Notes: a model not told the origin generated them from the sequence alone. Counted from the first letter of the stretch, positions 15,491-24,501 are shown. The stretch: DNA of 64,000 nt from Thermoplasmatales archaeon (GCA_030595715.1 JAUVCN010000001.1:1418-65417), one strand, 5' to 3'. Program-made: numbers and translations.

Positions 15491-15838
15491 TCACAGTGCG
15501 AACGCGTGGCCTCTCTGGGGTATCTCGCCTGAAAAGAAAGTGAAGGTCAAACCTTCATGTTCCATCATGATCCTATCAATATTTTCCTTGTCCTTGGAAT
15601 GACCCAATATTTCAGCATCCGTTACCTTGCCCTGATCATTCCTGGCAAGGACCTCAACTATTATCCACTCATCGGGATATTTCTGTTTGTAACTTTCGAT
15701 GGTATCCACCTCCATCATTTGCATCATTGAAGGTATCTGTCGGGGTGATGATAAATAGTTTCCGATAACAGGGTGAACTGAAACAAAAATTGAGGAATGA
15801 TATTGAAAAGGGACGACCCCCTCTTTGGGGCCTATCAT
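15491..15838 (-). CDS. Small hypothetical protein; the likely true start is internal (MMQMMEVDTIESYK..., about 78 aa)
   Basis: The ORF is 10 nt upstream of, and co-directional with, the retropepsin gene. It has no recognisable motif. Confidence 0.4.
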   Translation of the reverse strand: MIGPKEGVVPFQYHSSIFVSVHPVIGNYLSSPRQIPSMMQMMEVDTIESYKQKYPDEWIIVEVLARNDQGKVTDAEILGHSKDKENIDRIMMEHEGLTFTFFSGEIPQRGHAFAL

Positions 15839-15862
15839 ATTTTCGGATCAGGTTATCAATGA

Positions 15863-17851
15863 TCACATATCATCGGGTCCGTTATGCCACGGATCATAGC
15901 CTGGTGTGGTATTCTCATCGATGGCGGGTCTGAAGGCCGGGTCCCCGTAAACTGCGAAGAACGTCACCTCGTACCAGTCTACCCCTCCATCAGGGTTCAT
16001 AGGAGACGGTTGATTGTTCGGCCCATAGTTCATGTATCTGTTCTCCGACCACTGGACCGCCTTCCCGATCGTCCCGTGCTCCGGGTGGTTCAGGATCCCA
16101 TCCCAGACGAATGCATACCATGCATCGTTGTGGTCCCATCTGTGATCATCGACGAAAGGAAGGTATTCGGCTGGAAGTGAGGTCAGGTCCTGACCGATGT
16201 TCGAGAAGGAAACCTCTGTAGCTCCCACCAGGACCGCGGGACCGGCTGCGAGATAGTTAAGTGTCAACAATTTGTCGAATGCAACATCGCTTCCCGGATC
16301 AGTTCCGGGACCATGTCCGTATATCTTTCCATTCAGACAGGATACGAAGAATGCTATTTGAGGTGGAACGTTCATTGCAGCTGCATCGGAGTACCTGAGC
16401 TGATGTTCATCACCATTGGGCCCGTAGACCCTTATACCATATAGGGACCCTGTATCGGATCCATGGCCCCTGTAGGCCACGTATCCAGCTCCCTCGCAGA
16501 TCTCCGTGAGATCGTTTTCCATGGAATTCACAGTTCCATCAAGGAACTTGTTTCCAGTATTGAAGGGGCCAATATAATCATAGGTGAATCCGGCATCCTC
16601 GAAATCTGTGCAGATCCATCTTGCAGGAGTTGCCTGCATTCTCTTGTAAGTAATGTCAAAACCAGAGAATGAAGCGCCATGCTCTCTCCATGTCTTTTCA
16701 TGGGTCCCACCGGCAACGTCCCTGTAATCCACTGTTACCGTCTCAGAGAAATCATCGAAAAGATAGGTTTTCAACAGCTGATTTGATGCAAGTGACACTT
16801 CATACTGGATTATCCTGCCAACAGCTGAATCCATCCGGGAATTATCGCTGTCCATGAATCCATACATGACATCGGAATTAACGATCTCGGTCGATCCTTC
16901 CTCGGGTTTGACAAGGAACTGTGGAACTGCCGTTGCGGACCCTGTGATAGCCACATATTCAAGTGGCCCGAAGTCGTTGTGGACATTGACAAGCTTCTCG
17001 TGATATCCAAGAGCTCTCCTATTCTGAGAGAGCTCCAGGTCCAGGACCCAATCGGTGTTATCCTGTGGTGTTGCATTGGTTATGACATATGCATCGTAAT
17101 ACGCCGACATCTGGGCCGCCATCAATGAGATATCGGGACAGAACCACGCATCATCATATGAGTCATATTCAGGCGTGCTACCGATGGATTCAAGCGAATG
17201 ATCGTTTGGATTTGCAACGATCGCATAGTTCGATGACACACCAATGTCCTTCAGGTAGGACCAGGTCTGTTCCTGATCGATAAAGGTCCTTTCCCCCTGG
17301 ATCACAGCCAGTCCCATATTCTTGGCATATGCAGCTGCCCAGAGGGACTCCTCGTAATCCTCCACGGTGAGGATATCATTGAAACCTATGAAACTCCTGG
17401 ATATGTCTGTGGTGAGTGGATATACATCTGTATCATTGACAGGGCTCAATCCCTCGGTGGAAAGCTGCTGATTGATATTTGCAAGGCCTGTTTCCTTGTT
17501 GGTAAAAAGAACCTTGGGTCTGTCGGTGTTCAGATGAGTGAGGGTGTAGATCTGCTGGCTTGAAATGCCGCCCTCGGGATCGCATATCACAAGAGGACGA
17601 TATATATCCCCCATGAACTGGACCGATGTTAGAGTCGATATGGCGAACAACTCATTTTCGGTTGTGGGATAATCCACGATCATCATGAAATCCTCGGGCA
17701 GGGCATTCACAGGAGAATATATATCCGGGTCCTTGTCGTCATCTCCCAGTAGCAGGACCGCAACGACCCCAATAAGTAGAAGTATCACAAAGGCAGCGGC
17801 TCCGATCTTCAATCCGGTTTTCCTCGATCGACCATCCATCCTGTTCGCCAT
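15863..17851 (-). CDS. Membrane-anchored extracellular protein with a predicted His/Cys peptidase domain (C25/gingipain- or clostripain-like caspase fold)
   Basis: 662 aa with an N-terminal signal-anchor (KIGAAAFVILLLIGVVAVLLL). Candidate catalytic dyad motifs are YVAYRGHGSDTGSLYG and QIAFFVSCLNGKIYG. A paralog is encoded at 59529..61928. Confidence 0.55.
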   Translation of the reverse strand: MANRMDGRSRKTGLKIGAAAFVILLLIGVVAVLLLGDDDKDPDIYSPVNALPEDFMMIVDYPTTENELFAISTLTSVQFMGDIYRPLVICDPEGGISSQQIYTLTHLNTDRPKVLFTNKETGLANINQQLSTEGLSPVNDTDVYPLTTDISRSFIGFNDILTVEDYEESLWAAAYAKNMGLAVIQGERTFIDQEQTWSYLKDIGVSSNYAIVANPNDHSLESIGSTPEYDSYDDAWFCPDISLMAAQMSAYYDAYVITNATPQDNTDWVLDLELSQNRRALGYHEKLVNVHNDFGPLEYVAITGSATAVPQFLVKPEEGSTEIVNSDVMYGFMDSDNSRMDSAVGRIIQYEVSLASNQLLKTYLFDDFSETVTVDYRDVAGGTHEKTWREHGASFSGFDITYKRMQATPARWICTDFEDAGFTYDYIGPFNTGNKFLDGTVNSMENDLTEICEGAGYVAYRGHGSDTGSLYGIRVYGPNGDEHQLRYSDAAAMNVPPQIAFFVSCLNGKIYGHGPGTDPGSDVAFDKLLTLNYLAAGPAVLVGATEVSFSNIGQDLTSLPAEYLPFVDDHRWDHNDAWYAFVWDGILNHPEHGTIGKAVQWSENRYMNYGPNNQPSPMNPDGGVDWYEVTFFAVYGDPAFRPAIDENTTPGYDPWHNGPDDM

Positions 17852-17876
17852 TTTGATAACTCCTATCGATCATTCA

Positions 17877-18782
17877 TCAATCATTATTCATCTTCCCAGA
17901 CTCCACGAGAAGACTGAGCTCCTCAAGAGAGAGGCTCTCACCACTTTTGTATTTTGCAAGAACATCCACCAAACGTCGATCGTTATCGGACCTTCTACGC
18001 TCCTGGGGTGACTTGTCGAACTCCTTCTTCAATTCATCTATCTTGCGATAGTAGGAAGTGACCTCCTTTTTGATCTTCCATCCATGCTTCTTCAGGGCCT
18101 TGACCTCGTTCAATGCATTGATGAATGCTTTGTGCTGGGCCTGGGCTTCATCCCTTACATCATCTCTCTTTGCCCAGAACTCCTTGGCGCTTATCAAACC
18201 TTCATGGGATTCGGATTTGAGATCACCGATCTCGTGTTCCATCTCGCCCATTTCCTTGTTGTATTTCTTGAGGTCGATCTCTTTGACCCTCACTATCTCC
18301 CTGTGGATCACGTCTGCCATGGATTTTACGATCAGGCGATCACGGAGCTCGAACAGGAAATCATAGAGGTATAGCTCGTTCTTCAGGCTGATATCGTCAT
18401 TTAGAAGATTATCCTTTGTCTGCTCGAAGTTCATCTTCAGTCGATCGAAGGTTCCCCGGGATGCATGATTATGAGAATCCCTCACCTTCCTGAGCTCACC
18501 GATCCTCTGAAGATATGGCTGCATCTCCTTGTAGATCGTTCTCTTTTCCGTATTCATCTCTTCGATATTCTCCCAGACAGCTTTCCTCTTCTCCAGGATC
18601 TGTTTTGGTTTCTGAGACAGGTCCTTGACCTTATCATTGAGCTCATCCCTCTTATCCTTGAATGAATCCACTTCGGAGAGCTTGTTCTTGATCTTGACGT
18701 GAATGATCTCCTCTTCATCCCGGAGCTCGTTGATCTTCTCCCTGACCTCGCGGATCTTTCCAGCGATCTCGAAGTTCTGCAT
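17877..18782 (-). CDS. Archaeal coiled-coil protein (COG1340-like)
   Basis: 301 aa, almost entirely heptad-rich, charged alpha-helical sequence. The start overlaps the stop of the upstream gene. Confidence 0.7.
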   Translation of the reverse strand: MQNFEIAGKIREVREKINELRDEEEIIHVKIKNKLSEVDSFKDKRDELNDKVKDLSQKPKQILEKRKAVWENIEEMNTEKRTIYKEMQPYLQRIGELRKVRDSHNHASRGTFDRLKMNFEQTKDNLLNDDISLKNELYLYDFLFELRDRLIVKSMADVIHREIVRVKEIDLKKYNKEMGEMEHEIGDLKSESHEGLISAKEFWAKRDDVRDEAQAQHKAFINALNEVKALKKHGWKIKKEVTSYYRKIDELKKEFDKSPQERRRSDNDRRLVDVLAKYKSGESLSLEELSLLVESGKMNND

Positions 18783-20602
18783 CAGGCCACCTCCTTCTTC
18801 TCTTCCACGATCTCCCCTTTCTTTCCATCCTCTATCTTCACCGGGGGATCCTCCTTCCTGCTCTCTTTTAGACCTTCTTCGGTCTTACTTTCTTTCTTCT
18901 GTTCTTGCTGGGGGGCCTTGTTATCCTTCTTCTTATCTTCCGGGATCTCCAGTTTCTTTCCATCCTCGATCTTCACCGAGGGATCCTCCTTATTGATCTC
19001 TCCATTACCCTCTCCGGTCTTGCTCTCTTCCTTCTTTTCGGAGGGGATCTTGTTATCCTTCCTCTTATCTTCCGGGATCTCCAGTTTCTTTCTGGGACCT
19101 GACCTTCTATCAGGCTTCGATCCCTCCTTCCTGCCGTCCCTGTTTTCGAAGACCTTCAAAAGTTTATCCCTGATCTGCTCATTCGATCTCTTGTCCTCTT
19201 CATCATCCATCTGGGCAGCCTTGTCTCTCTGCCCTTCCCAGAAAATTGCCATCTCTTCATGGAGCTGGGTCCTTCTCTCGAGCCATCCCTTTCTGCTCTC
19301 CTTTTCACGGATCTTTCTCTGGGCACCGATGAACTTTTCATGATGAAGATTTGACTCTTCCACCTTCTCGAGCAATTTCGAGTGGAGGTCCTCGATACTT
19401 ATCAGATTCTGTGATATCTTCTCCTCGATCTCGGTCAGACTCTGTTTTATCTCCTCGGGTGTGAGACCGTCGGTTATTGACCTGATCTTCTGCATCGTCT
19501 CTTTGACCTCATCAAGAAGTCTCCTTTCAGTGGCGATGTCAATGGCCTCGGTCTCCAACTTCCATTCCAGGTCCTGGATGTAAGATTGATGCATGCGAAT
19601 ATCTTGTTCATGGTCCTTGACCTTTTCTTCCTTCCTTATCAGATCGAAGAACTGCTGGCGAAGTTCCTTGTTCTCTCCCTTCAGCCTGGTCCTGCCATCT
19701 TTGAGATCAGCGACCTTCTTGTTTATCTGGTCGCGTTTTACTTTTTCTTCATCAGATTCCTCATCGGCCTTTTCGGGAGGTTTCTCAAGGTCCTTTTTCT
19801 CCTTGATATATTTCTTGATCAGGTCCTTGTGTTTCTTTACGATCCTATCGACCATCACCGCCCTCTTTTGGATCTCGATATCCTTCAGCATTTCCGAACC
19901 GTCTTCGGGGATTGGTGGGAATTCTATCTTCTTCGGAGGTTCCGATCGATCCGGTTCCTTCCGGTTTCCCTTCTCTTCATCCTTGGATATTTTCTTTGAT
20001 CCCTCTTGAGGTGCACCTGTCGATCCCTTTTCATCCTTCTTCTCTTCGGGTCCATCATCCTTTTTCTTGGAGGGGGCCTTCACCTTTTCTGCAGAAGGTT
20101 CTTCCATCTTCTCTTCAACAGGATCTTCTTCCTTCTTGGAAGGGGCCTTCACCTTTTCTGCAGAAGGTTCTTCTACCTTCTCCCCGGCAGGATCTTCTTC
20201 CTTCCTGGAGGGAACCTTCACCTTTTCTGCAGAAGGTTCTTCTACCTTCTCCCCGGCAGGATCTTCTTCCTTCTTGGAGGGAACCTTCACCTTTTCTGCA
20301 GAAGGTTCTTCTACCTTCTCTTCAACAGGATCTTTTTCCTTCTTGGAGGGAACCTTCACCTTTTCTGCAGAAGGTTCTTCAACCTTCTCCCCGGCAGGAT
20401 CTTCTTCCTTCTTGGGATCAGGTTCGGATATCTCATCGATATTCTCTTCTCCATTTTTCTCCTTTTCAGGAGTTTCGTTCTCTTTGATATCGGCCTCCGG
20501 GGCTGGAGCTGGCTTGACCTCGACGGAAGGGACATTGTCCTTTTCATCCTCTTTGGTCTCAACCTTGCTCGCCTCGGTCGTTACATCCTCTTTCTCTTTC
20601 AT
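18782..20602 (-). CDS. K/E-rich tandem-repeat protein with a central COG1340-like coiled-coil core
   Basis: 606 aa. The N-terminal region has 5 copies of a 23-aa repeat (KKEEDPAGEKVEEPSAEKVKVPS). The centre is a coiled coil. The C-terminal region has 2 copies of a roughly 44-aa repeat (KKLEIPEDKxKDNK...VKIEDG). Confidence 0.7.
   Translation of the reverse strand: MKEKEDVTTEASKVETKEDEKDNVPSVEVKPAPAPEADIKENETPEKEKNGEENIDEISEPDPKKEEDPAGEKVEEPSAEKVKVPSKKEKDPVEEKVEEPSAEKVKVPSKKEEDPAGEKVEEPSAEKVKVPSRKEEDPAGEKVEEPSAEKVKAPSKKEEDPVEEKMEEPSAEKVKAPSKKKDDGPEEKKDEKGSTGAPQEGSKKISKDEEKGNRKEPDRSEPPKKIEFPPIPEDGSEMLKDIEIQKRAVMVDRIVKKHKDLIKKYIKEKKDLEKPPEKADEESDEEKVKRDQINKKVADLKDGRTRLKGENKELRQQFFDLIRKEEKVKDHEQDIRMHQSYIQDLEWKLETEAIDIATERRLLDEVKETMQKIRSITDGLTPEEIKQSLTEIEEKISQNLISIEDLHSKLLEKVEESNLHHEKFIGAQRKIREKESRKGWLERRTQLHEEMAIFWEGQRDKAAQMDDEEDKRSNEQIRDKLLKVFENRDGRKEGSKPDRRSGPRKKLEIPEDKRKDNKIPSEKKEESKTGEGNGEINKEDPSVKIEDGKKLEIPEDKKKDNKAPQQEQKKESKTEEGLKESRKEDPPVKIEDGKKGEIVEEKKEVA
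18823..19090 (-). repeat. In-frame roughly 130-bp tandem repeat, 2 copies, in the C-terminal region of the K/E-rich protein
   Basis: The string ttatccttcttcttatcttccgggatctccagtttctttc occurs twice. The protein units are KKLEIPEDK(R/K)KDNK...PxVKIEDG. Confidence 0.7.
20070..20420 (-). repeat. In-frame 69-bp tandem repeat, 5 copies, coding for KKEEDPAGEKVEEPSAEKVKVPS units
   Basis: Direct repetition is visible in the DNA (cttggaaggggccttcaccttttctgcagaaggttcttc...) with a period of 69 nt. Confidence 0.8.
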
Positions 20603-20628
20603 ATCTCATTCCTACCTTGGATGCTGTA

Positions 20629-22221
20629 TCATTCGTATCCGACAATATCATCGGAATTCTCATTCCAGTAATTGTAAGGGGATGTCTGTTTGGACTGTGA
20701 TTCCGACATCTCTCCCATCACAGCTCCCTGAAATGCCCCAAACCTACCCCTTATCTGCTCTTCTGCAGTTTTTGATCTTCTAATGGCTTGGTCCACATCA
20801 TCTGATGTTATCAATTCATGCCCCTTGGTGACAGCAATATCGCCTGCGGCTCTGATCACTCCACCCATATCTCTCAATCTAAGGGTCAAAGCTTTCTTCT
20901 TCTTGTCCGTAACTAGCGCCCTTCTTCTGGCATCTTTCAGGAGTGCCAATATTGCAGTCATGTCTGCATGCGGTATCCTTCCATCCATCACTACCTCCTG
21001 GGCAATGAACTGGATGAATTTCTTCCTGTTCACATCATTATCCGGCATTGTGGTGGATACCAGTACCTCATAACCGGATCCCATGATCCTGGACCTGAGA
21101 GGAGAGATTATATGGTGCAGGTCCTGGATGTTGCATGCTCCCACGAAGACAAAATCACAGGGAACACTGTCCACCTTGACACTTGCACCGGCACTCTGAG
21201 GGTTCCTTCCAGATATCGAGAAGAGCTTCTCCTGCATGGCAGTGAGTATGAAACGCTGCATCTGACCGAGGTGTGGAAGTTCATCTATGAACAGGACCCC
21301 TTCATGGGCCTCATGGATCGCGCCCGGGACAACTCTTTCGTATGGCGGCGTTCCAAGTCCCTTGTGTCCGCCGTAGGGGTCATGTCTGACATCCCCTAGA
21401 AGTTCTGTTTCGGAGGCTCCCGTAGCCATCACGAAGTTCTGCCTTTTCAACGGTATCAGGATCTTCTTGGGAGAGGCTTTCTCCTTTTCCCTCTTTGCTT
21501 CAAGGGATCTTTGGTCAAGTACCCTGATCTTCGGCCCGGCCGATTCATAGACAACGACCTCCTCCTTGCCCTTGACAAGTCTTGTGGTCTGTATCCTGGG
21601 TTTCTGCCCACCCAGCTGATTGAGGGTCACTTTCAAAATATCCTCCAATCCCTGGAGCATGTTGTTCATTCCTATGTCGACCATGGCGACCTTTGGCTTC
21701 TTGTCGGGAGATTTGGCTGCCTGGCAGTTTGGACACACCAATTGTTCATTTGATGAATAGGTTCCGCACCTGGCACATCTGTATCCAAGTTTCTCTGCAA
21801 TGTCCACCGGTGCATCCACCGGGGATATTAATCTCTCCTTGACAATGAGGTTCCTGTTTTCGTCTTTCCTTACCTCTTCTTCCTTCTTGACCTGTATGAA
21901 CGGCCTTTCAGGATATTCCGGATTGGAAACCACATATATCTGAGACGTTGGAATCGGCAGATGCTTTGCCATGGCCTGGGCTATCATGGATTTTCCTGTC
22001 CCAGGAGGGCCAACAAGAAGTAGATGTCTTCTCTGCTTCGCTGCTACAAGGGATAGTGCAACTACAGCCTCCTGGCCGATGACCCGGTTCATCGGATCGG
22101 TGGGAATGATCACCTGAGATGTATCCTTGATACCATAGAGTTCTTTCCTGGATGCTTTCTTCGAACCCTTGGACGTTCCATTTAGGGTCTCCTTCTTGGA
22201 ACCCTTCTTTACAGGTGCCAT
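20629..22221 (-). CDS. LonB-like AAA+ ATPase lacking the protease domain, with a zinc ribbon in place of the LonB transmembrane insert
   Basis: 530 aa. Walker A RHLLLVGPPGTGKSM; LonB-specific blocks LGDVRHDPYGGHKGLGTPPYERVVPGAIHEAHEGVLFIDEL (Walker B) and VPCDFVFVGACN...SPLRSRI. CARCGTYSSNEQLVCPNCQ is inserted between Walker A and B. The protein ends after the AAA lid, with no Ser-Lys protease domain. Confidence 0.75.
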   Translation of the reverse strand: MAPVKKGSKKETLNGTSKGSKKASRKELYGIKDTSQVIIPTDPMNRVIGQEAVVALSLVAAKQRRHLLLVGPPGTGKSMIAQAMAKHLPIPTSQIYVVSNPEYPERPFIQVKKEEEVRKDENRNLIVKERLISPVDAPVDIAEKLGYRCARCGTYSSNEQLVCPNCQAAKSPDKKPKVAMVDIGMNNMLQGLEDILKVTLNQLGGQKPRIQTTRLVKGKEEVVVYESAGPKIRVLDQRSLEAKREKEKASPKKILIPLKRQNFVMATGASETELLGDVRHDPYGGHKGLGTPPYERVVPGAIHEAHEGVLFIDELPHLGQMQRFILTAMQEKLFSISGRNPQSAGASVKVDSVPCDFVFVGACNIQDLHHIISPLRSRIMGSGYEVLVSTTMPDNDVNRKKFIQFIAQEVVMDGRIPHADMTAILALLKDARRRALVTDKKKKALTLRLRDMGGVIRAAGDIAVTKGHELITSDDVDQAIRRSKTAEEQIRGRFGAFQGAVMGEMSESQSKQTSPYNYWNENSDDIVGYE

Positions 22222-22269
22222 TCTACCACCGATCCTCAGTAGGTTTTCTAATAGACGTTCGATCTTGCT

Positions 22270-23634
22270 TCATCCTGTCAGATCGTCCTTGGAAAGGACG
22301 GTCACTCCCTTTGGTTCCTTCGTAAGATTGCCTTTCTTGGAACCAACAAGGAACTTTATCTCCTGTTCTGCTGCAATATCCAATAGCCTCTGGGAGATTA
22401 TCCCATCGAAGACCACCGAATGTATACCCGTTGGAGGAGATTTGAGAGTGTCTGCCAGCTGCCTGACGGCAAGCTCCAGAACAACCTCACCCTTTGGATT
22501 GATCAACATTGCCCTAAGGGTCCCGGATAACTTCTTCAAGATATCACGATACCTTGCGATCTCTATATCCATCCTCTCTTCATTCTTGGGTTCGGCCTGT
22601 TTCACTGGAGCCTCTTCCTTGGGTGACGATGGCTTTTCGATCTCCTTCTTTACCGTCCTCTGTGGTTTCCTCTTCTCTATGCGTTCTTTGTGAACGTCCT
22701 TCTTCACCACTTCACTCGAGAACTTGTTCTTGTTGTTCTTTCCATTGTCGATCTTGTGCTTGAATTCGGATGTCAGGTCATTCATCTCAAGATACTGCTC
22801 AAATGGTATCTTGTTCCTCAATGCCTTGATGATCTGCTTCTGGGTCAATTCCTCAACCTCAAGAGCTTTTGGTGCCCTGGCAACGAAGTCGACCTCGGCT
22901 ACCTGGAAAAGCTCCTTCAGGATCAACTCTCCACCTCTATCTCCATCCACAAAGGCAGTGACCACCCTCTCTGATGATATCTTCTGCACCGAGGGAGGAA
23001 CATTCGTTCCACCAACAGCAATGGTGTTCTTTATCCCGAATTTCAATAGATTGATAACATCGGACCTTCCCTCAACGACGATGATCGCATCGGAGGTCTC
23101 CACGTTCGGACCTGCTGTACACTTATCGTCACCGAACAGGATGACCTCATCGATCTGGACTGCCTGTCTTACTGAATCTGTCAGGTCAAGACCGGATATC
23201 TTCGACTGGCCAACCATGCTCGTCAAAAGCTCCTTGGCTCGATCGATGATCTTCTGCTTCTTCGTGACCCTGACATCCTCGATCTTTTCGATCGTGATCT
23301 TTGCCCTGCAGGGTCCGATCCTGTCAATGGTCTCCAATGCTGCTGCCAGGATCGCGGTTTCCACCTGATCAAGGGAAGAGGGTATGAGGACCTTGCCTTC
23401 AGATTTTCCTTTCTTGGATGCGATCTCGACCTCTATCCTCCCCATCCTTCCTGTCTTCTGGAGGTCTCTAAGATCGAGTTCTTCACCGAGGAGTCCCTCG
23501 GTCTGGCCGAAGATGGCACCCACAACATCGGGTTTTTCCACTACACCATCTGCCACCAGTTTTGCTTCTATCAGATATTTTGTTGTTGCTGGATCAAGAT
23601 TCATTAATCTCACCTTTCCTATTTTGTGTTTCAA
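22270..23634 (-). CDS. dnaG: Archaeal DnaG primase (Toprim domain; exosome-associated)
   Basis: 454 aa with a conserved N-terminal domain, Toprim motifs IIVVEGRSDVINLLKFGIKNTIAVGGT and FVDGDRGGELI, and a K/E-rich C-terminal linker. Confidence 0.9.
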   Translation of the reverse strand: MKHKIGKVRLMNLDPATTKYLIEAKLVADGVVEKPDVVGAIFGQTEGLLGEELDLRDLQKTGRMGRIEVEIASKKGKSEGKVLIPSSLDQVETAILAAALETIDRIGPCRAKITIEKIEDVRVTKKQKIIDRAKELLTSMVGQSKISGLDLTDSVRQAVQIDEVILFGDDKCTAGPNVETSDAIIVVEGRSDVINLLKFGIKNTIAVGGTNVPPSVQKISSERVVTAFVDGDRGGELILKELFQVAEVDFVARAPKALEVEELTQKQIIKALRNKIPFEQYLEMNDLTSEFKHKIDNGKNNKNKFSSEVVKKDVHKERIEKRKPQRTVKKEIEKPSSPKEEAPVKQAEPKNEERMDIEIARYRDILKKLSGTLRAMLINPKGEVVLELAVRQLADTLKSPPTGIHSVVFDGIISQRLLDIAAEQEIKFLVGSKKGNLTKEPKGVTVLSKDDLTG

Positions 23635-23950
23635 CGTTACACGTGATCTGAAAAGGAAACCATTGACCTGTGAGGACCCTTTTGGTCCCTCCGCGCCAAA
23701 TCTACATTATTTGAGTTTAACCGCCTGAAGCGATATCGACTATCATCTGGTAATCGTGATGTGGATGGGATAGCGGACCCCGCAGGAACCGGTCCCTTTT
23801 CACATCTGGATGATGGATTGCATATATATTGGTTTCCCTTGATGTCATTGAATCTTATTGATCTCCCCCCCTTGTAGCCCGTGATAACAAGGGTCAATGT
23901 AGTTTGAATTCACCCATTCTACAGCCAGTTACGAACTTCCTGTGAAAAGG

Positions 23951-23960
23951 TTATTATAAT
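23951..23960 (+). promoter_or_regulatory. Candidate TATA box (TTATTATAAT, purine-rich BRE-like AAAAGG upstream) about 34 nt before the ATG at 23989
   Basis: The spacing fits a near-leaderless archaeal transcript. Confidence 0.35.
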
Positions 23961-23988
23961 CATTGTTTTAATACGGCATTCGTTCCCC

Positions 23989-24492
23989 ATGAAGCGAATT
24001 AAGGTCATCAATGAGCCAACGGACCTTGTGGCTCTACTCAGGGCAATGGACACTCCAGTAAAAAAGGATGTGTTCCAGGAAGCATCCAACGGATGGATAT
24101 CGAAAAAGGCAACTGAGGAAAAGTATGGCCGCGAAGGTGTCGAGGCCCTTGATTTCTTTGAGAAGATGCATCTTGTCGAGACATCATGGCAGATCGACTC
24201 GCAGTTCAACAAGGAAAAGATATACCATTCATACTACGTATCGGTCCATATCAATACCTCAGCATCCATCACGGAGATCTCCGATATCCTGTTCATTACC
24301 CAGATGAGTGAAAAGACTTATAAGGAACTTGAGTCAAAAGTGTTCGAAAAGGTCTCTGATGAAGGAACTTTCTCGGGTGAGTTCTTGAAGAATCTTGAAC
24401 TAACTCCCACCATGCTCAAATCCCTTGTGAAGAGGTCCAGTAGGCTGGCCATAAAGGGCCACAGGATCGAGAGGATCAAACAGGATGAATGA
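23989..24492 (+). CDS. Hypothetical protein, possibly carrying an N-terminal winged-helix DNA-binding domain
   Basis: 167 aa. It is the first gene of a plus-strand block, 9 nt upstream of the Trm56-HD gene, with no diagnostic motif. Confidence 0.5.
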   Translation: MKRIKVINEPTDLVALLRAMDTPVKKDVFQEASNGWISKKATEEKYGREGVEALDFFEKMHLVETSWQIDSQFNKEKIYHSYYVSVHINTSASITEISDILFITQMSEKTYKELESKVFEKVSDEGTFSGEFLKNLELTPTMLKSLVKRSSRLAIKGHRIERIKQDE

Positions 24493-24501
24493 GGTCGACC
24501 A

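Noticed and set aside
19586-20783. Several long plus-strand ORFs (137-238 aa) opposite the K/E-rich repeat gene.
   Set aside because: They are generated by the repetitive low-complexity DNA. Their products are repetitive S/F/L/G strings that mirror the antisense of the GAA/AAG codons and have no start context.
23637-23897. 86-aa minus-strand ORF in the dnaG upstream spacer.
   Set aside because: It has no start context or conservation signals and sits in a promoter region. It is likely spurious.
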